This document shows, piece after piece, positions 25,200 through 38,395 of a stretch of DNA of 64,000 bases; the first letter of the stretch is position 1; each line of letters starts with the position of its first letter. The position numbers and the translations under genes are program-made. A model generated the notes under the pieces. It was not told where the DNA came from. It was given only the letters and a program-made list of their open reading frames with translations, and searched no databases. This DNA comes from Octopus sinensis (lineage: Eukaryota): contig NC_043006.1 in assembly GCF_006345805.1 (NCBI RefSeq), positions 44,020,001 to 44,084,000 of the forward strand, in the 5' to 3' direction.

Positions 25200-25332
25200 C
25201 ATCATCATTTACTGTCCGTTATCCATACTGGTATGGGTCAGACGGTTTGACTGGAACTGGTAAACTGGAGAGCTGCACCAAGTTCCAGTCTAATTTGGTT
25301 TCGTTTCTACAGCTGGATGCCTTCCTAATGCC

Positions 25333-25425
<93 letters not shown>

Positions 25426-26574
25426 CGTATGTATATATATCCATATAAGGGAATATGTATCAGATAATTTTTATTGTATACATAATGCTGTGTCACTGAC
25501 AGCCACAATTATTGATTTTTTTCTTCTTTTTCATCTTGTAGCTGTTTTAGACATTGGACTGTGGTGATGTTGTGATGCCACCCTGAAAGGTTTACCCAAA
25601 CAAATCAACCCCAGTACTTATTCTGTTATGCTAAGTTACAGGGATGTAAACAAACCAACACCAGTTGTCAGCTGGGGCGGGGGGCAAACGCACTAGAAAA
25701 AAACTCACAAACACACGTAAGTATACAACAAGCTTCCACATAGCTTCTGCTTACCAAAGTCACTCGCAAGGCATTGATCGTCCTGGAGCTGTAGTAGGGG
25801 GACACCTGTCCAAGGTGCTACATAGTAGGACTGAACCTAAAACCAGGTGGTTGCAAAGCAAGCTTCTTAACCACACAGCCATGTCCAATGATTGTGCAGT
25901 GAAAGACTAAACTCATTTAAAGACAGGTCTTTCATCGAGGAAGAAATGCTGTGATTTTCTTTGGGTTAGACATGGCAGACAGAGAGAGAGAGAAAGAGGC
26001 AAGGAGAAATGATAATGTCACATATTTCACTTGTAAATAAGGATAGTTGCTAATGGTTATAGGTTAGTCCTGACATAACAGATATATGATCAAAGACATA
26101 CTAGTTATGACCATTCCATATATATTTCAAAAATACTCTGTGTAGGAGGACTAAATTATCTAAAGTGCATTTCAATTTGCAAGATGACTATATATATATA
26201 TATATAGAGTGAGAGAGAGAGAGAGAGTGAGAGAGGGGGGGAGAGAGAGAGAGATAGTGAACTTCAAGTAGTCGGTAGAAGATATGAAAACCAACTTTTA
26301 GGAACAATAGTGATTTATCGGTGCAGAAGGTTGTGAATTTTTCCTTTATCAATGGACGATAAGCTGAACTATTTTATAGATCACAGCAACTGGGTTTCCG
26401 GCATATGCAAATAAATATCCAAGCCTTAAGGGAATCCCCTGCAAGTTAAAAGAGGGTCTCCTAACGACAATGTATAAACACTATGTAATCAAGATATCCT
26501 TGACTTGAAGAGTAGCTTGCAGTCTGCCATTCATTTGGGTAATTACTATTTCAGAAGTTTCACTAGGTATGAAG

Positions 26575-26854
26575 CATATATATATAAATATCTACATACA
26601 CATGCATATATATATAAATGCACATAAAGATACATATACATATACATACACACATAGATATATATACATACACACATATATACATATACATACATATATA
26701 TACACATACATATATATACATATATACATATAAATACATACATATATACATACATATAAATACGCATACATATATATATACATATATATACATTCATATA
26801 TATATACATACATATATATACACATACATATATACACATACATATATATACACA

Positions 26855-26921
<67 letters not shown>

Positions 26922-26949
26922 CACATACTATATATACACATACATATAT

Positions 26950-26990
<41 letters not shown>

Positions 26991-27139
26991 TATACATTCA
27001 TATATATATACATACATATATATACACATACATATATATATATATAAATATATATACATACGTATATATACATTCATATATATATACATACATATATATA
27101 CATACGTATATATACATTCATATATACATACATACATAT

Positions 27140-27182
<43 letters not shown>

Positions 27183-27186
27183 TATA

Positions 27187-27220
<34 letters not shown>
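26575..27220. repeat. Compound (TA)/(TACA) microsatellite field
   Basis: Source of the IY/HT-rich pseudo-ORFs in the track. Confidence 0.95.
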
Positions 27221-27221
<1 letters not shown>

Positions 27222-28175
27222 CAGTATAGGAACTAAGGATGGTCACAACAACTGATTTCTGTTGCTATGTCTCAGATTGAAAAAGAAACCAAAACCATCA
27301 AGTGCACATCAGTGTGTTCTGGAGAAGTACAGCCATTTTCATCTGGATCTCTATTAGTCTCTACTTCAAATTCACGGCACACCGACATACATCACTCTGG
27401 AGTTTGGCTGCTTATGTTTTAATTCCATACATATTTATTGCTGAAACCAGCAAAGGAGTTAGTCATTTTCAAAAGAATAGGTGAATAAGAACACCATGCT
27501 ACGAAACATAAATAACAGAGGGGAAGGATTGGTGGGGAGGAAGGATTGGTGGGAGGGGTATCAGTGGCAGTGAGTGTAACACCCATCTGGTTCTACATAT
27601 TTTCTTTCTCTTTATTCATTCCTGCTAAATAGGATAACATGCACACACACACATGCAGAATTGCACATGCAAATTGTTGAACATGTACAAAACACAGACA
27701 TGTCCACATGCTCCAAGTCAGCTCGCACGTTATGATTTAAACATTTCTGTGTTCATAGAGCAGACATTAGGCAACAACAAAAAACAAATGATTTCTATTT
27801 TCTGTTCTTCTACATTTGTTTTTGTTTTTGTTTCAACTTCTCAGCTAGTTAGGCGGGTTGTCAAAACAGAAGACAATTCATAAATCATGCAGGAAGATAG
27901 GAAAAATATTCATACAACACCCGCACCCCACAAACACAAACACACACCGGGAGAGAGAGAATACGGTTGATATTCTTGTTGACTCAACTAGTCAACCCCC
28001 CATTGAATGTGGCACATAGCTGTAAAACATTCTACAACGGCAGACTTCCGGAATCATGTCTCAGATCTCTGACCAGCAACTGATGTGATGCCACTTTCGC
28101 TTCATTCCGTATCTCACAGGAAGCTTACTACTTAAAAAAAATAAAATACAAACACACAGGTTTATAAACACGCAT

Positions 28176-28212
<37 letters not shown>

Positions 28213-29200
28213 ACACACATATATGCAGAGTGGTTAATTTTGATCACAGTAAGATAGTATTTTCATAATCCATTGCAAACTTCTTGAGAGACATTTATCA
28301 ATAAATATCAATAATGCTTCTCAATATTGAGCAGATTTCAGCAAACACAGGCACCATATGCATTCACAGATTTTACACTGGTGTGAATAATTTCAATTAA
28401 CTTTGCTTTATAGAGGAATGTCAAGAAAAAAACAAAAATATTTCAAAAACAAGAAAAAACGCAGATAAATAGAAGCTAGTAATGAATTAAAGTTTCTATT
28501 CATTATTTAGTTATTTATTTTATATTTATTTTTATTCATTTATGAATTAAAGTGTAAATAAATTTATAATTTTTTTCCTCCCCATAAAATGAGTCATTGA
28601 TAAATATATTAAGATCTCAGATAATGGCTACTTATGGCAATTGAGGTTTTCTAACTTGCGTAACATAACAATTGAAAAATCTTTATCAGATTCCAAGTTG
28701 ACTCTTCTGCTTTCAACATTTCCCAACTTTCAACAAGAGTGTTTAATGTAAATGAAGGAGAGTAGCAGTAGTGATAGCAGCATCAATGATGAAGAATCTG
28801 GAATCAAGGATGTTGCCGCTAAGGAGTTTAAAGTTTTTGGCGACATAAGTTCACAACTCAATTTTGAATTCAAAGATTGTCTTATATTGCGTCTCCCTGT
28901 CACCACTAACCCCAAAGGAAAAGAATGAACACCCTCAACATCGCATATCTTTTCCTCTGTAGATCTAACAGCTCTGGTGCTTCCCCACCCCCCTACCAAC
29001 AAGCTAGAATTGGTCTAATGTTTGCTTACATAAGTAAATTAACAAATAAAGAAAGCAGAGGGCTTTTTACACGACTCTTTTAATTTTACTATTTCACTTG
29101 TTTCAATCATGTGACTGTGGCCATGCTGGAGCACTGCCTTTAGTCGAGCAAATCAACCCCAGGACTTATTCTTTGTAAGCCTAGTGCTTATTATATCGGT

Positions 29201-30247
29201 CTCTTTTGCCAAACCGCTAAGTTATGGGGACGTAAACACACCAGCATCGGTTGTCAAGCGACAAACACACACACACACCACACACACACACACACACATA
29301 CATACATATATATATATACATATATACGACGGGCTTCTTTCAGCTTCCGTCAACCATATCCACGCACAAGGCTTTGGTCGGCCCGAGGCTATAGTAGAAG
29401 ACGCTTGCCCAAGGTGCCACGCAGTGGAACTAAACCCGGAACCAGGTGGTTGGTAAGCAAGCTACTTACCACACAGCCACTCCTATGCCTGGAATGTGTA
29501 AACGGGAAAATGAAATAACCTTCATATATTTCAGGTACAAAACCAATCATCAGAAATGAACAGCTTGACCCTTTAGCATTTAAATTGACCATATCTGGCC
29601 CAAATATTCTACCTGTTTGATGTTCAAACAAGCCAGGTCTGGCCTCTTGATCCTATAATGTTACTCTAAAAACAAACAACCACATCATCGAAATCGTGAA
29701 GCTTCAAGATAATGCACAATTAATATAAAATAATACTTTCTACTAAAGGCACAAGGCCTGAAATTTTGGGAGAGGGGGACTAGTCAATTACATCAACCCC
29801 AGTGTTTCACTGGTTCTTAATTCATTGACCCTGAAAGGATGAACGGCAAAGTCGACCTCGGCAGAATTTGAACTCAGAACATAGCAACAAGCAAAACACC
29901 GTTAAGCATTTCGTCCAGCATCATCACCTTTTTTAATATAAAATACGAATAAATAAGCATTGCATTTGACAGAATAGTCCGAATTATTAAGGCGGTGAGC
30001 TGGCAGAAACATTAGCACGCCGAGCAAAATGCTTAGTGGTATTTCGTCTGCCATTACATTCTGAGTTCAAATTCCGCCGAGTTCAACTTTGCCTTTCATC
30101 CTTTCGGGGTCGATTAAATAAGTGCCAGTTACGCACTGGAGTCGATATAATCAACTTAATCCGTTTGTCTGTCCTTGTTTGTCCTCTCTTTTGCCAAACC
30201 GCTAAGTTATGGGGACGTAAACACACCAGCATCGGTTGTCAAGCGAC

Positions 30248-30287
<40 letters not shown>

Positions 30288-31186
30288 TACATATATATAT
30301 ACATATATACGACGGGCTTCTTTCAGCTTCCGTCAACCATATCCACGCACAAGGCTTTGGTCGGCCCGAGGCTATAGTAGAAGACGCTTGCCCAAGGTGC
30401 CACGCAGTGGAACTAACCCGGAACCAGGTGGTTGGTAAGCAAGCTACTTACCACACAGCCACTCCTATGCCTGGAATGTGTAAACGGGAAAATGAAATAA
30501 CCTTCATATATTTCAGGTACAAAACCAATCATCAGAAATGAACAGCTTGACCCTTTAGCATTTAATTGACCATATCTGGCCCAATATTCTACCTGTTTGA
30601 TGTTCAAACAAGCCAGGTCTGGCCTCTTGATCCTATAATGTTACTCTAAAAACAAACAACCACATCATCGAAATCGTGAAGCTTCAAGATAATGCACAAT
30701 TAATATAAATAATACTTTCTACTAAAGGCACAAGGCCTGAAATTTTGGGAGAGGGGGACTAGTCAATTACATCAACCCCAGTGTTTCACTGGTTCTTAAT
30801 TCATTGACCCTGAAAGGATGAACGGCAAAGTCGACCTCGGCAGAATTTGAACTCAGAACATAGCAACAAGCAAAACACCGTTAAGCATTCGTCCAGCATC
30901 ATCACCTTTTTTAATATAAAATACGAATAAATAAGCATTGCATTTGACAGAATAGTCCGAATTATTAAGGCGGTGAGCTGGCAGAAACATTAGCACGCCG
31001 AGCAAAATGCTTAGTGGTATTTCGTCTGCCATTACATTCTGAGTTCAAATTCCGCCGAGTTCAACTTTGCCTTTCATCCTTTCGGGGTCGATTAAATAAG
31101 TGCCAGTTACGCACTGGAGTCGATATAATCAACTTAATCCGTTTGTCTGTCCTTGTTTGTCCTCTCTTTTGCCAAACCGCTAAGTT
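29201..31186 (+). repeat. Near-identical tandem duplication, units of 985 and 978 bp
   Basis: Anchor ctcttttgccaaaccgctaagtt at 29201, 30186 and 31164. The units differ by microsatellite length and single-base homopolymer indels. Confidence 0.95.
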
Positions 31187-31423
31187 TTGTGGATAGTAAA
31201 GAAATAGGTATTTCATCTGTCGTTACATTCTGAATTCAAATTCCACCGAGGTCAACTTTGCCTTTCATCCTTTCGGGGTCGATAAATTAGTACCAGTTAT
31301 GCACTGGGGTCGATCTAATCGACTTAATCCCTTTGTCTGTCCTTGTTTGTCCCCTCTATTGTGGGCAATAAAGAAATAAGAATAATCTGAACGCTAAAAG
31401 GTTAAAGAAATGAAAGTATACGT

Positions 31424-31681
31424 CAATGGTTCTCAACACTTTTTTTCACATATGAACCCATTTGATTTCTATTTTACTTGGATGAACCCTCTTAGTCATC
31501 TGATGTTTAGAAAAATCATATTATATTTTCATAATTAACCCTTATTAAGAACTACATAAAAAAAAATTGAAATATTTTGTGTATAGCAGAAGAATAACCA
31601 ATTCATTTCAAATAAATTTTAACAACAAAATCTAATATGGACCCCCAAGGGTTTTTTCAGACCCCCAACTGAGAACCACTA
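31424..31681. mobile_element. hAT (Charlie-like) MITE, same family as 19419 in opposite orientation
   Basis: Ends caatggttctcaac ... ctgagaaccacta; degenerate 8-bp TSD gtatacgt / gcataggt. Confidence 0.7.
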
Positions 31682-32570
31682 GCATAGGTAGATACTGCTG
31701 TATGGGCAGTGACCCTGCTTTGTCCACATAGTGTTGGTTGTTAATTTTTGATGATGGGCCTTTGTGCCTGAAATATATAAAGGTTATTTAAGTTTTCCTT
31801 TTGCATTGTTAGAAGCTCTCTTGTTCTTCTTTATTTGTTATTTGACTTCTGTATCATAATGCTCCCAGCAAACTGCAATGCCTTTTCTTTGCTTACAGAT
31901 TCTGAAGTTTGTTATTACTTGTTTTTTATTTTTTCCTTTTTTCTTTTTTCATAAAGAATATTTAAAATTTCCAACTGAGAGCAACCATTAACCTAGCATG
32001 CAAACACACACACACACACACATAGAATCTATTGTGATATTGTGAGAAAGAAGCACAGAGAGAGAGAGAAAGAGAGAGTGGGTGGAGGAAGGAAAAAAAA
32101 AACCCAGTAGCTGAGGCATGAATAGAGTGAGATTTTATAAGAAGTATATCAGTACATCAGCCCAGCCATACCAGGAAACTTTAGAAGAATAAGCAACAGC
32201 CACCAAGAACACAATATCATGTGATTTTTTTTTTCACAATAAATCTTCTCTCCAGATATGGATGGGAATGGGGTGGAGGGGTGGGATAAGTAATGTAATG
32301 GAGGTGCTGGTTACACGTATCAATAACTGATTGTATTTCTTAGGTGTTAAATAAAAAGCATCCCATCGATCTTGTTTCACTCTCCGCATGTAATGCGGTT
32401 GTATAAATGCATGAGTTACAGCAAACCCGATGTAACTCAAAGAGGTTCCGTCATTTAGTTAATGCACATCTTCACCTAGCAACAGTGAACTTGTTGCTGG
32501 TTCTGATTTGGTGAACGAGTCAAACCAGTTTCACAGGTCACTGTGTTATAATATGCATTTATATAATTCT

Positions 32571-32628
<58 letters not shown>

Positions 32629-33078
32629 ACACATACACACTTACACACTTACACACTGCATGACATTCACTGCAACAAACAAGACTGGCTTTGTTATTGA
32701 TATTAACCAAAAGGTTTCTGAATGCAACATTAGGTTCTATTTCACATAATACATTATCACTAAAAGTGCTCTTTCTCTCTCTCTCTGCATACACAGTTAA
32801 TAAATATTCCAGATTCATTGACCAAAGCTTGTCTTTGTACACTACCACATATCATTCTACATACCTCAACCTAGCATAAAATATCTACCACTGCCACTGT
32901 TACTGGTGTTGAGTTATCAATACCAAGATCATTTAAAGGCTTTAAAGCTGCAGTCATGCTGGGGCACCACCGTCAGAAAAATGTATGAGAAAAAGAAAAT
33001 TTAGCTCTATTACATAGTAAGGGTAACAACATCCTCACCACACCAGCTGCAGACACAATTAATGGTTCAGAGTAAAAC

Positions 33079-33110
<32 letters not shown>

Positions 33111-34533
33111 GTAATGATGGTGATTATTTCTAATCTAGGCACAAGACCTGCAATCTTGAGTGGGGAGACAATTAATTGAAACTAATGCTCCCAGTATTTG
33201 ACTGGTACTTTGTTTTATTGACCCCAGAGGAATGGAAGTTAAGGCTGACCGCAGTTGGATTTGAACTCAGAATGTAAAGATCTGAAAGAAATATTGTAAA
33301 GCAATTTTTCTAACAATCCAACAGGAGTTTAGTCAATTAAAGTGACGCAAGTACTTGACAGGCACTTTACTACATCAATCCCAGAGGGATAAAAGATAAA
33401 GTTGACCTCAGAAGAATTTGAACTCAGGCATAATGATTAATGGTTTCACATTTTGGCACAAAACCAGTACTCAACTGGTCCTTATTTTGTCGATACCAAA
33501 AGGACAAAAGGCACAGCCAACCTAGGCAGAATTTGAACTCAGCAGTAGTGTAAGGGTGAGGGGGGCACATGCCCCAGGTGCCAGTTGAGGGGGGGGGCAA
33601 GAAAGAAAGAAAGAAAGAAGGAAAGACAGAAGGGAAAGAAGGAAGGAAGTCAAAGCTGACATCAGTGAGATATGAACTCGGAACATAAAGAGCCTGAACA
33701 GAAACTGCAAGGTATTTTGTCTGATACCCTAACGACGCTGCCAAACATGTGTGAAATTAACACCTGACTGAGGCTCCAAAGAAGAAAATTATTACTTTTA
33801 ACTTATTTACTGCTAAAATTGATCCTCAAACGAGCTACGAGATTACTTAGAAATGATTAAACAATCTATTTGTTCTTCTGGCACTAGCACCTCTACATTT
33901 AGAACTGATTGCAAGTAAAATTAAATGATGTTGTTGCAAGTGTTGTTGATGCTGTTGTTGATGGGGAGGATGCTGATGACGACAATGATGGCAACGACGA
34001 CAGCATCATTCTAGCTTCTCTTCAGATTTTAATTAGACACATACGCACACATGCACACGCACGTACACACGCACACACACCTTAGGCAAAGCAATTTCAG
34101 CAAGACTCTCAGAGATGCAAACAACACCTTCTTGTCTAAACAATCCACAATATTTTACCTTGTATTTTTAAAGTTATAATAATAATGCTGATCGCTCATA
34201 TTAATAATAATAAATTTTACATCGCCACAGGGCAGCATATTTGTAGGGAGAAAGTCTAATCAACTGACAAAATGCCAGAAGGACAAAATGTAAAGCTGAA
34301 CCCCATAATATTTGATGAGCCCAGAACAGAGATGGACAAAACTAAATACTGGAACTACACTCACTAACAACAGAAATAATTTGTTTAGTCATTTATACAC
34401 AGCTCAATGATCTCTTACAGCCAACCACTCAATAAAGAACTAGAAGTAGAGCTGCTGTGTTTTGTCCAGTGAAGCAGGTTTAGGTGCTTCATCCATGAGC
34501 ACAACATAACAATAGTTGTGAAATCTAGATTAA

Positions 34534-34754
34534 CCCTTTAGCATTTAAACCGGCCAAATCCGGCCAAAAGTATTCTGCCTGTTTTATGTTCAAAATGGCC
34601 AGATCTGGTCTCTCACACCAACCCTACAATATCGTTTTAAAAATTAACAGCTACCTCATCAAAATCTCAAAGCTACAAAACAATGCCTGATTGGTTCAAG
34701 GCAATGTGGATGAAAAAACATTAATTTTGGTAGAATAATGCGAACACTAAAGGG
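34534..34754. mobile_element. piggyBac-like MITE (TTAA TSD)
   Basis: ttaa|ccctttagc ... ctaaaggg|ttaa. Related copies at about 1397-1609, 4753-5047, 29567-29990 (SINE-interrupted) and 59165-59702 (interrupted). Confidence 0.7.
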
Positions 34755-35268
34755 TTAAAGATAACAATGTGGTTAGTAATCCAACACCTAAACATTATTG
34801 TCTGTTTCTCTGGAAACATGGGTGTTTTGTTCATCATCCTTAAACAAACCTTATTCAGGGACCTTTTGAGCAGGATGGGCTACTCAATCTGAAAAAAATT
34901 CTAACAGGGCTCCACCTGTGAGCTCATGCACTGCTTATCTTGATATAAGATCACCATGTCATGCACATATGGTTGTGATGCATGTGCCTGGTGTACCCTT
35001 ATCAGATGGGTAATCATGATGGGTATATTGGGCTTTGTATATTTGTACCCCAGTGTCACTTTGATGGCATTTACTGCTCTCACACTCAATAATAATAAAC
35101 ATAATACGTTCTACCCCAGAAAGAGGGGAAGGCAAAGCTGACACCAGTAGAATTTGAACTCGGAATGTAGGGAGCTAAAAGCATATACTACAAGGCATTT
35201 GTCTCTGATGGTCTAACAATTCTACCAGACAACTATAAATCATACACACACACACACACACACACATA

Positions 35269-35469
35269 TATGGGTATGAAAAGTTCTTCGTTTTGGGTAA
35301 AGGAAATACAGGAAAATCAGTTAATTATGATTTTGATCAGTTAATTATGATTTATTGCAGTAGTTCTTCAGTTTTTTGAAGCCCTGGAAAAGAACTCAGA
35401 AAGTTAGGCCTCCAGCCAGGCCATTTGTGATACTCTTAAAGCCAAGAACTTTTTTCAGCACCCCCTCAT
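35269..35469. mobile_element. Mariner-type MITE
   Basis: Right end gccaagaactttttcagcaccccctca and degenerate left end tatgggtatgaaaagttcttcg resemble mariner TIRs; inserted in a TA/CA microsatellite. Confidence 0.55.
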
Positions 35470-35732
35470 GTGTGTATGTGTGTGTTACTATATATATATA
35501 TATATATATATATATTGTGTGTGTGTGTGTGTGTGTGTGCTAAATGGTGTAATGCATTTGGTCCCACACTACAACTGATTCCACTTATCAACCATCCTTA
35601 TATAACAATGGTAAAGATGATTTCTTTCATGGGCCACAAGGACCCAAAAACAATACAAAGATGAAATACAAAGAGAAACAGAAAACATTGGGAGTTTTAT
35701 AACAGGTAACAGGGTGAGATTGACAATAAAGG

Positions 35733-35777
<45 letters not shown>

Positions 35778-37134
35778 CAATAATACAAAATAGCAGTTAC
35801 AGCATGGAATGACAAAATAAAAACAACAAACAATCACTAAAATAGGGTGGGTCAATCACTTAGGATACTCCAGGGGTACCAACACACTATCCCAGATTAC
35901 CCTAGCACACTAAAGACAAGTGCCTTCTTACCAACCTACCGGTGTATAGTTCTCATGTACCAATCGGCCACACCAATTTTACCATTCACACTTCTTTCAT
36001 AATTATGATAGAGCAGCAGTACCTATCTCTCTCAAACTTACCACTCAAGTGGTATTTGAAGATAGTGATAAGAGTTTAGCCTGAGAGGCAAATACTCTGT
36101 CCACAAATCGTTCAACCGTACCCACCATAGAACTTGCTTGACCAGCAGACAGAAGACTAACTGTCTTTACTTCTCAAAAGGAAGAATGGTAACTTGATCT
36201 TCATGATAGACTTGACTAATTGCTAAATTCTTCATGTGATAACAGCAGCTTCGTATAAACCCAGGAATCAGTAGATCAAGGACACTGATTGAGTGCATAC
36301 TAGCCAGTTCTGTCATTCTGCACACATCGTGGAGAGGTTCAATCACTGGTGGCTCTAAAACAGCCAGGGCTCGTAGAGTTTATTCTGAATAGGCAGAGCT
36401 CCCTGCACAGCAATACCAGGTCAAGGGCTTTTGAAAATTGTTCACAATGCTTGAGCATGAAGTCCTCCAGAAGAAACTTCTCAAACTGTATATACAATGG
36501 ATGTGGTTGAAAGATTTGTGGACTGAGCTTTTTTTCTCAGGTCAAGCTTTCACTAACTTCTTCAAGTACCATTCACCTTCTATAGATGCAACGGTTGAGT
36601 TTTCTATTACCATGCAGTCCAGCAGGTAGACTGTAATGAATGCCTGGCAATGACAATCCAGATACCAAATGCCCAACTTTAGACTGCACATGACCCAGGA
36701 TTTCCAACTCACTCAAAGAGATGAGCTGTGAAAAGTATGTCACACAATCAGTGACTACACCTGTCCACTATCATCATTATCCATGATGTACCATGTAAAA
36801 AGCACACATGCCAATGTCACATAGAAAGTGCCTTGTGCCGGTACCACATAAAAGCAGCCATACCAATGCCAAGAACAAAGCACCTATGTTGGTACCATGT
36901 AAAAAGCACTTAGTACATTCTGTAAAGTGGTTGGCGTTAGAAAGGACATCTGGCCTAGAAACCATGCCAACTTCAGCCTTGTGCAACTCTCAGGTGGCCA
37001 AACAATTCAATGTTAGATGCTGATGATGATGGTTCTCTGCCAATGTGTCAGCCTCAGGATATACCAGTTCATGGCATTCTGAGTCCCCCTTATATAGATG
37101 GCTGTATTTCCAGATGACATATTAAAAGCCCACC

Positions 37135-37535
37135 AATATTACTCTTTTACTTGTTTCAGTCATTTGACTGTGGCCATGCTGGAGCACCACATGTAATCGA
37201 GCAAATCGACCCCAGGACTTATTCTTTGTAAGCCTAGTACTTATTCTATCGGTTTCTTTTGCCGAACTGCTAAGTCACGGGGACGTAAACACATCAGCAT
37301 CTGTTGTCAAGAGATGTTGGGGAGACAAACACAGATACACAAACACACACACACACACACACACATATACATACATATATACGATGAGCTTCTTTCAGTT
37401 TCCGTCTACCAAATCTACTCACAAGGCTTTGGTCAGGCCAAAGCTATAGTAGAAGACACCTGCCCAAGGTGCCATGCAGTGGGACTGAACCCAGGACCAT
37501 GTGGTTGGTAAGCAAGCTACTTACCACATAGCCAC
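37135..37535 (-). mobile_element. tRNA-headed SINE family B, near full length
   Basis: The minus strand begins gtggctatgtggtaagtagcttgc..gggttcagtccc (A/B-box-like) and has an internal (TG/TA) microsatellite. Other copies: - about 5790-6135, 25610-25882, 29085-29487, 30186-30455; + 54123-54350. Confidence 0.8.
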
Positions 37536-38129
37536 ATATTCAAGTTAATTTCTGTTCTTATCAATACCTCGACTTTTCACTAATATAATTTTTTTTTTTT
37601 TAACAGCAACAAGTTCATAAAATAAATAAACAAGTAAATTTCATGAGTGGCTCCAACAGAGTTGAAGAAAAAAAAAAATGAAGCAAACTCCTCATTCTTT
37701 GAATGAGAACAGAACTGCTTTTGGTACATTTCAAAAGTAACATGCACTGTAGAAGAAATTAATTTTAGTACATAATTATTGAATGCAATTGCAAGAAACA
37801 AGAACTGTTAATTAGGTTTAAGGTCAATCTTAGGGTGGGTAGGGAGATAGTAAGGAATTGACATGCAATTTGTTCATGACTAAAGAACCGAAATTAAAAA
37901 CTCATAGACTTAAGATGATATGCTTGTACAAGGGCTAGACTGACACACTATCTGTGCATGTTCCAATAATTATATCCTAAAACCATTTAGAACAATGAAT
38001 GTACAGACTCAGAGCCATGTTATTATATCATTCCAACATCATTATGATATTGATGCTTTGCCAATACAAAGAGCTTTAAGAATTAGTGGTGGTGGTGGTG
38101 GTGGTGGTATGATGATGATAGAAATGGTA

Positions 38130-38395
38130 GAAGAAGAAGAAGAAGAAGAAGAAGAAGAAGAAGAAGAAGAAGACGAAGAAGAAGACGAAGAAGAAGAAGA
38201 AGACGAAGAAGTGGAAGAAGAAGAAGAAGAAGAAGAAGAAGTAGACGAAGAAGAAGAAGACGAAGAAGAAGAAGAAGAAGATGAAGAAGAAGAAGAAGAA
38301 GAAGAAGAAGAAGACGAACAAGAAGAAGACGAAGAAGAAGACGAAGAAGAAGACGAAGAAGTGAAGAAGAAGAAGAAGAAGAAGAAGAAGAAGAA
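38130..38395 (+). repeat. Long interrupted (GAA)n tract
   Basis: ~265 bp of GAA with GAC/GTG interruptions, flanked by (GGT)n and (AAT/AAC)n. Confidence 0.95.

Noticed and set aside
26546-27229. Long IY/HT-rich ORFs up to 203 aa (likewise 61405-62614 and 21641-22339)
   Set aside because: Dinucleotide repeats lack stop codons in most frames; not coding.
27296-27440. Minus acceptor with perfect TGACTAAC branch point followed by MSVCREFEVETNRDPDENG...
   Set aside because: Stops follow the acceptor in all frames, the donor (gttttg) is weak, and its phase is incompatible with the 17780 exon.
35870-36720. GC-richer block possibly a LINE remnant (also about 39800-40200, with an ETVNNFCFLGD RT-like snippet)
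   Set aside because: Too decayed to define boundaries or family by eye; needs RepeatMasker or TBLASTN.
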